Assembly (NCBI GenBank): GCA_964016885.1
Contig: OZ024740.1
Coordinates: 377,394,001-377,458,000, forward strand
Reading direction: 5' to 3'
DNA length: 64,000 nt
Source: Eledone cirrhosa
Lineage: Eukaryota
The notes beneath the pieces were generated by a model. The model had not been told where the DNA came from. It worked only from the letters and a program-made list of their open reading frames with translations, and searched no databases. This document shows, in pieces, positions 56,476 through 64,000 of this stretch; position 1 is the stretch's first letter; each line of letters begins with the position of its first letter. Made by a program: the position numbers and the translations under genes.

Positions 56476-57567
56476 TACGATCTATCCGCGGATATTTTAC
56501 GTCTTGATGTGGTAGCTAAGTATATGTTATGTTTATACCATTACTTATTTGTATAGGTAAGTATATATTACCTGTATGTTTTGTGAAAGTACGTATACTT
56601 TCTCATACGTATATTTGATTGTATATGTTATGGCGTATATTTTATATATTCTGGTACATATACTTTTGGTTATGTGTATACGTGAGTTTTGCGTCTATGT
56701 GAGTATGCGGGTTCGTACGTATGTAGGGTGTGTGTATATGTGTACTTCGTGTGTTTGGTTTATGTACGTCTCCGAACATATGTGTATTTACATGTATGTA
56801 TGTGTGTGCGCTTGTTATATACGTATTTATTTATTTATATACGTTTATTTAATTATTTGTATACACGCACACACACATACACATATTTATATGTGCGTGT
56901 ATTTGTATACCTATGGCGAGTGTTTTCGCGTATGCTTGTACGTCTCCGAACATATGTGTATTTATTTGTAGGTATTTGTGTGCGCTTGTTACATACGTAT
57001 TTATTTATTTATATACGTTTATTTAATTATATGTATACACACACACATATTTATATGTGCGTGTATTTATATACCTATGGTGAGTGTTTTCGCGTATGCT
57101 TGTGTATGTACGTATATGGATGCGTGTATGTAGTTATTTAATTTCAATTGCCTCTATATTTTATTTACTTAATTATTAACTCTGAAGCCGAGAATCATTC
57201 GGTTTCCTAGTTAGAATTTTAGTCTACGACTTCAGTTAAACCATTTACGTGGTTTTGTCTTTGCGTGCAATTGTTCTCCACGCTCCACATATGACGTATT
57301 ATCTTCGTTTTTTTTCGTTCATTGCCAGAGAACGTCTCTATGAACCACCTAATAGAATATTAGTCTACGACTTCTTTTATACCGTAAACGTGGTTTTGTC
57401 TGCGTGTAATTGTTTTTCACCGCTCCAAATAATGACGTATAATATTCGGGTTTTTTTCGTTCTTTGCCAGGGAACGTTTCCACGAACCAAAGTATCGTCC
57501 TCCTGTCTTCTTCTGGTTGCAACGTTTTTTGAAATATTCACTTCTGCGTTCACAGATTGACTTTGTT

Positions 57568-57618
57568 AGTTTCAGAAGATTCCGTTAAGGGTGAAAGTAG
57601 CGATTCTTTACTTAAACT
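57568..57618 (+). ncRNA. Hammerhead-fold RNA with variant CAGAAGA core (3' pLTR)
   Basis: agttt-CAGAAGA-t-TCC(gttaa)GGG-t-GAAA-GTA(gcgattctt)TAC-TT-aaact; AATAAA about 15 nt downstream. Confidence 0.72.
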
Positions 57619-57642
57619 TTAATATGTTATTTTAATAAATAT

Positions 57643-58850
<1,208 letters not shown>

Positions 58851-58853
<3 letters not shown>

Positions 58854-60750
58854 AGAAGATCAAACTCAATCCCAAAGTGTTCTTTTCATTTGCAAAAAAA
58901 ACACAAAATCACTGGCTCTACTGTTGGCCCTCTAATTGATGAAAATGGCACTCTTCAAGACAATGCTAAAACCATGGATGAGATACTGCAGAAACAATAC
59001 TGCTCTGTTTTCAGCAATCCTGATATGGCCGATCTGGGCTGTATCGGCGATGTTACTCCCCATTACACCTTATCGGACATAACGTTTGGCGCCCCTGATG
59101 TCTTGGCGGCAATAAAGGAAATCAAGCATAATTCAGCAGTAGGTCCCGATAGGTTCCCTGCTTGTGTCTTGAAGGCGTGTCAACACCAACTTGCATCTCC
59201 TCTTGCCAATCTGTGGCGGAACTCACTGGATGCTGGATATGTGCCAGAAAACCTTCTATCCCAGTCTGTTGTCCCAGTTTTCAAAAAGGGAAACAAATCC
59301 CTTGCCGTGAATTACCGTCCAATCTCACTCACCTCTCATATCATTAAGGTATTTGAGCGAGTGGTGAAATCGCGAATGACCCACTTCCTTGAGAGTAACA
59401 ATATGCTGAACTCCAACCAGCATGGATTCCGTAATGGAAGGGATTGCCTGACGCAGCTACTGCATCACTTTGATGACATTTTGAGAGCCTTGGGAGAGGG
59501 TTCCAACACTGATGTTATCTACCTTGATTTCAGCAAGGCCTTTGACAGGGTTGATCATAACATTCTACTGAGAAAGCTGTCCAATATTGGTGTCACTGGA
59601 AAGCTGCTGCAGTGGATCAAGAGCTTCCTGTCAAACAGAACCCAACATGTTGTAGTTGAGGGAGTCAAATCAAGCCCAGCCAAAGTCAGTAGTGGGGTCC
59701 CACAAGGCACTGTGTTGGGCCCACTTCTCTTCATCATCTATATTAATGACATCACTGACATCATCAAACACAGCAACATTAAAATGTTCGCTGATGATTC
59801 CAAGCTCCAAAAGGTCATCAATGGCGTGGATGACCGGATAAGCCTTCAGTCAGACCTACTGGCTGTTACCCAATGGGCAGAAAAGAACAACATGTTACTG
59901 AACGAAGACAAATTCGAACTGATCCACTTTGGAAAAGAGGATGCTCTGAAACTCCCGTACTCCCTTCCCTCCGGGGAAACTCTCGTGGCATCTAACAACA
60001 TCAGAGACTTGGGAGTAACCGTGGACAGCAACATAAGCTGGACCACGCATATAAGCAGCAAAGTTGACATGGCCCGCAGAATGTGTTCCTGGATCCTCAG
60101 AACCTTCCAGTCGAGAGATTCCCGCACCATTATCCTTCTCTTCTCTACTTTCGCCCGACCACACCTTGAATACTGTTGTCCACTGTGGTCTCCCCACACG
60201 AAACAAAGTATCATGAAACTTGAAGCTCCTCAAAGGGCAATCACGAAAAAGATAGATGGCATGTCAGACCTTGACTACTGGGGTCGATTGGAAAACCTGA
60301 AACTTTACTCACTCCAACGTCGCCGTGAGCGTTATATTATCTGCATGATGTGGAAAATGTTCCATCATCACTGCCCAAATGATGTTGGCATCGCCTTCAA
60401 GATACACCCAAGGCTTGGGCCCCGTGCTATCCGTCCCATTCAAAAATCTAAATCGCAACTCATAACAACAATACGGCACAATTATTTCACCTCAATCGGC
60501 CCTGCTCTCTTCAACATCACACCAGGACACGTCAAAACAGAAACTGACCACACAAAATTCAAGAAGTCTTTGGACAAATTCCTCCAAGTAATCCCGGACA
60601 AACCACCCACACCCGGATATGTCTCCGCAAACAGTAATTCTCTTCTCGAATGGGCCATGGTGCCCAAATCCTGAATTGAAAGACTTCGCCAGGTGGTGCT
60701 ATTAAGTTAGACATGGCCTGGGCCAATACTGGCCAAAACATTTCAAAGTT
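58851..60750 (+). mobile_element. 5'-truncated CR1-group LINE (RT to 3' end), open over about 590 codons
   Basis: [64 protein letters not shown]; stop at 60674. A frameshift in the A-run near 58895 separates the [17 protein letters not shown] start. The ORF-track N-terminus is microsatellite. Confidence 0.94.
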
Positions 60751-61497
<747 letters not shown>

Positions 61498-61689
61498 TAG
61501 ATGAATCTACCAAGAGTTTACGGTAGTGTCCAATCCGTATGAAGAACTCAATGTATTCCGGATATCATGGAAAGAAGAGATGTAATGAAAATCCAATTTC
61601 GGTGAAAGATAAACGGTATACAGAGTCAAGATAAAATATTAAACAAATAATGAACAAACAATTCCTTATATTAAACAAAAAAAGTTCAC

Positions 61690-61834
61690 TATTTAACGAT
61701 CGTTTCTAGGGTATATATGTGTTATAATTGGTATGCATATTTAACAGATCTATGTACAAAATTATACAAAATTATACAAATTATCAAGATTAAATATACA
61801 TACCTAACTCATATATACGCCGTCTTCAGAAATA
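61690..61834 (-). ncRNA. Type I hammerhead ribozyme with ~120-nt stem II in a probable PLE remnant
   Basis: tattt-CTGAAGA-cggcGTATATATG...CATATATACccta-GAAA-CGATCG-TT-aaata. Confidence 0.72.
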
Positions 61835-62399
61835 ATGAAGTATATTTATTGATAATAACAACAATTCAAAATATCAGTTCAAAATTGACCAATGAAAACA
61901 CAAAGGGTTAAAAAACAGTTTGGTGTGTGTATATACATGTAAAACCCTACACACATTTTACAATAATGTGTGTATAATTTGTATGTGCATACTAAAAAGA
62001 TGGATGCAAATAAAAAATTTCAAGGTTAATATCTCTGTAAGCTTAATGCGCTGATAAGATACGCAATGATACTTATGGAGTCAAGCATATAAATATATTT
62101 TTTTCATACTCACACATATCAGTATAATCACACATACATGTGCGTATATATATAAATATACACATAACCACGAACACACAAACACACACACTCCCCCACT
62201 CACATTTATATATGTGGATATAAAATCATAAGCAAATAGAAATTAAGTCACTCACATAAACACACTGGTACACACATTTCAAGATCAAGATACAGAAATT
62301 AGGTGGGAGGGGGGGGGGAGGGGTCAGTATTAGGTTGTCAGACCAGACAGCCTAATATAAATGTATCTATAAATTATGAAAAATAAAAAAATAAAAACA

Positions 62400-62608
62400 A
62401 TAAAATATATTACATATAATATAATGTACATACGCATACAGATATACATACACATACATACATGTACGCGCACATAGAGATATCTACACATACATACATA
62501 CACACATACCTATACTGTCATACACACACATACATTTACACGAACATACACATACACATATAAAAAGATAAAAATACGGACACACACACGCGCAACACAT
62601 ACACACAT

Positions 62609-62665
<57 letters not shown>

Positions 62666-62774
62666 TATACACACACACATAGACTCATATATATATACAT
62701 ACACATACATATACTTATACATAAACATATATATCCCACACTCATACCACCATGAAAACACATACAAACATCCA

Positions 62775-62821
<47 letters not shown>

Positions 62822-63210
62822 ACATACACACACATACACATATATGTATATATACATACATATATACACACATACACATATATATATACACACACACATA
62901 AAATACAGACATGCACATATATATATATATATATATATATATTTCATTACTCTTATATATACACATAGTATATATACATACACAACCTCACTTATACACA
63001 TATACATATAAGTTATATTACAATAATAATAAAGAATAATATATATATATATATATATACATACATATATATATACACACATATACACATATACATACAC
63101 ATACATACATATACATACATACATACACATACATACATACACCTAAATATAAACATATATAAATACACACATACGAATAAAGACATATATTCACACATAG
63201 ACACCTATAT

Positions 63211-63246
<36 letters not shown>

Positions 63247-63333
63247 ATATACACACACATACACATATATACACATATATATATATATACACATATACAC
63301 ACACGCACACACATACAGACACACATACACACT

Positions 63334-63374
<41 letters not shown>

Positions 63375-63850
63375 ATGTGAGTGTGCGCAAATACATACAT
63401 ATATATACACACACACATACAAACACACACAAACACATACATATGCATACGTGCACACACACGCACATATATCACATAGATACGAAGATAATCATATAAA
63501 TAGAGAGACATACAAATATATACAGAACCCATATACACATACATACAAACACGCATATACATATATATACATATATACACACATATATATTCCTATATAC
63601 AAGCATACACATACACACACATATATACATATACATACACATATATATACACCACACATTCACATACACGTACATATATAATACATATATATACATATAT
63701 ATACATACATATGTATGTACAATCATATATACACACTCAATCTTACATTCATATTTACATGCTCATATATGTATTTTTATATTTAGAAATAAATACCAAA
63801 AAAACTATATAGACACCCATCTACACATATATTCATACATATACACTTAC
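62400..63850. repeat. Degenerate AC/AT low-complexity region
   Basis: Seen directly. Confidence 0.9.
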
Positions 63851-64000
63851 AAAAACAGATGATAATAGTATGGGGGAAAGGGGGGGGTTTGGAGAAGGGG
63901 ATCAAAGTAAATATATGTTTCAAGAAACCTATAATATTTTCCATATCTTAATTCAATGTATGTTCTTACATATTTTCAGTGCTAGGAAACACGAAATCTA

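Larger units (their letters stand above)
54891..57642 (+). mobile_element. Naiad-type Penelope-like element, 5'-truncated, with inverted 5' pLTR, between (AT)n tracts
   Basis: RT/EN body 55144-56475. Inverted repeat 54970-55143 vs 57469-57642. The 3' UTR has two tandem duplications (about 175 bp and 140 bp). Confidence 0.9.

Noticed and set aside
55144-57500. Selenoprotein-type Naiad (in-frame UGA plus SECIS)
   Set aside because: The conserved Cys positions use TGT/TGC, the interruptions are TAG, and no convincing SECIS was seen by eye.

Overview
This is AT-rich, microsatellite-laden eukaryotic (animal) DNA. The repeat content looks like an octopus/coleoid genome, but that is an inference from recalled SINE sequence. 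Only one host-gene exon is recognisable: a 99-bp exon (16247-16345, +) encoding part of the hormone-binding domain of a class B (secretin-family) GPCR, so most of the window is probably intronic. The rest is a retroelement graveyard: two tandem Tx1-like (L1-group) LINEs plus a decayed third copy, a GC-rich CRE-type fragment, three R4/Dong-type remnants, two CR1-group LINEs, a mariner remnant, many tRNA-derived SINEs and several Penelope-like elements (PLEs; one Neptune-like, two Naiad-type). The most striking unexplained signal is about 13 hammerhead-ribozyme (HHR) motifs from several unrelated sequence families, almost all in cassettes abutting (AT)n tracts, usually just upstream of AATAAA and often inside fold-back palindromes. 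They include a CAGAAGA core variant supported by a compensatory base-pair change and forms with very long stem II. Nearly all Y/I/C/V-rich ORFs in the track are microsatellite artefacts. All alignments and folds were done by eye.
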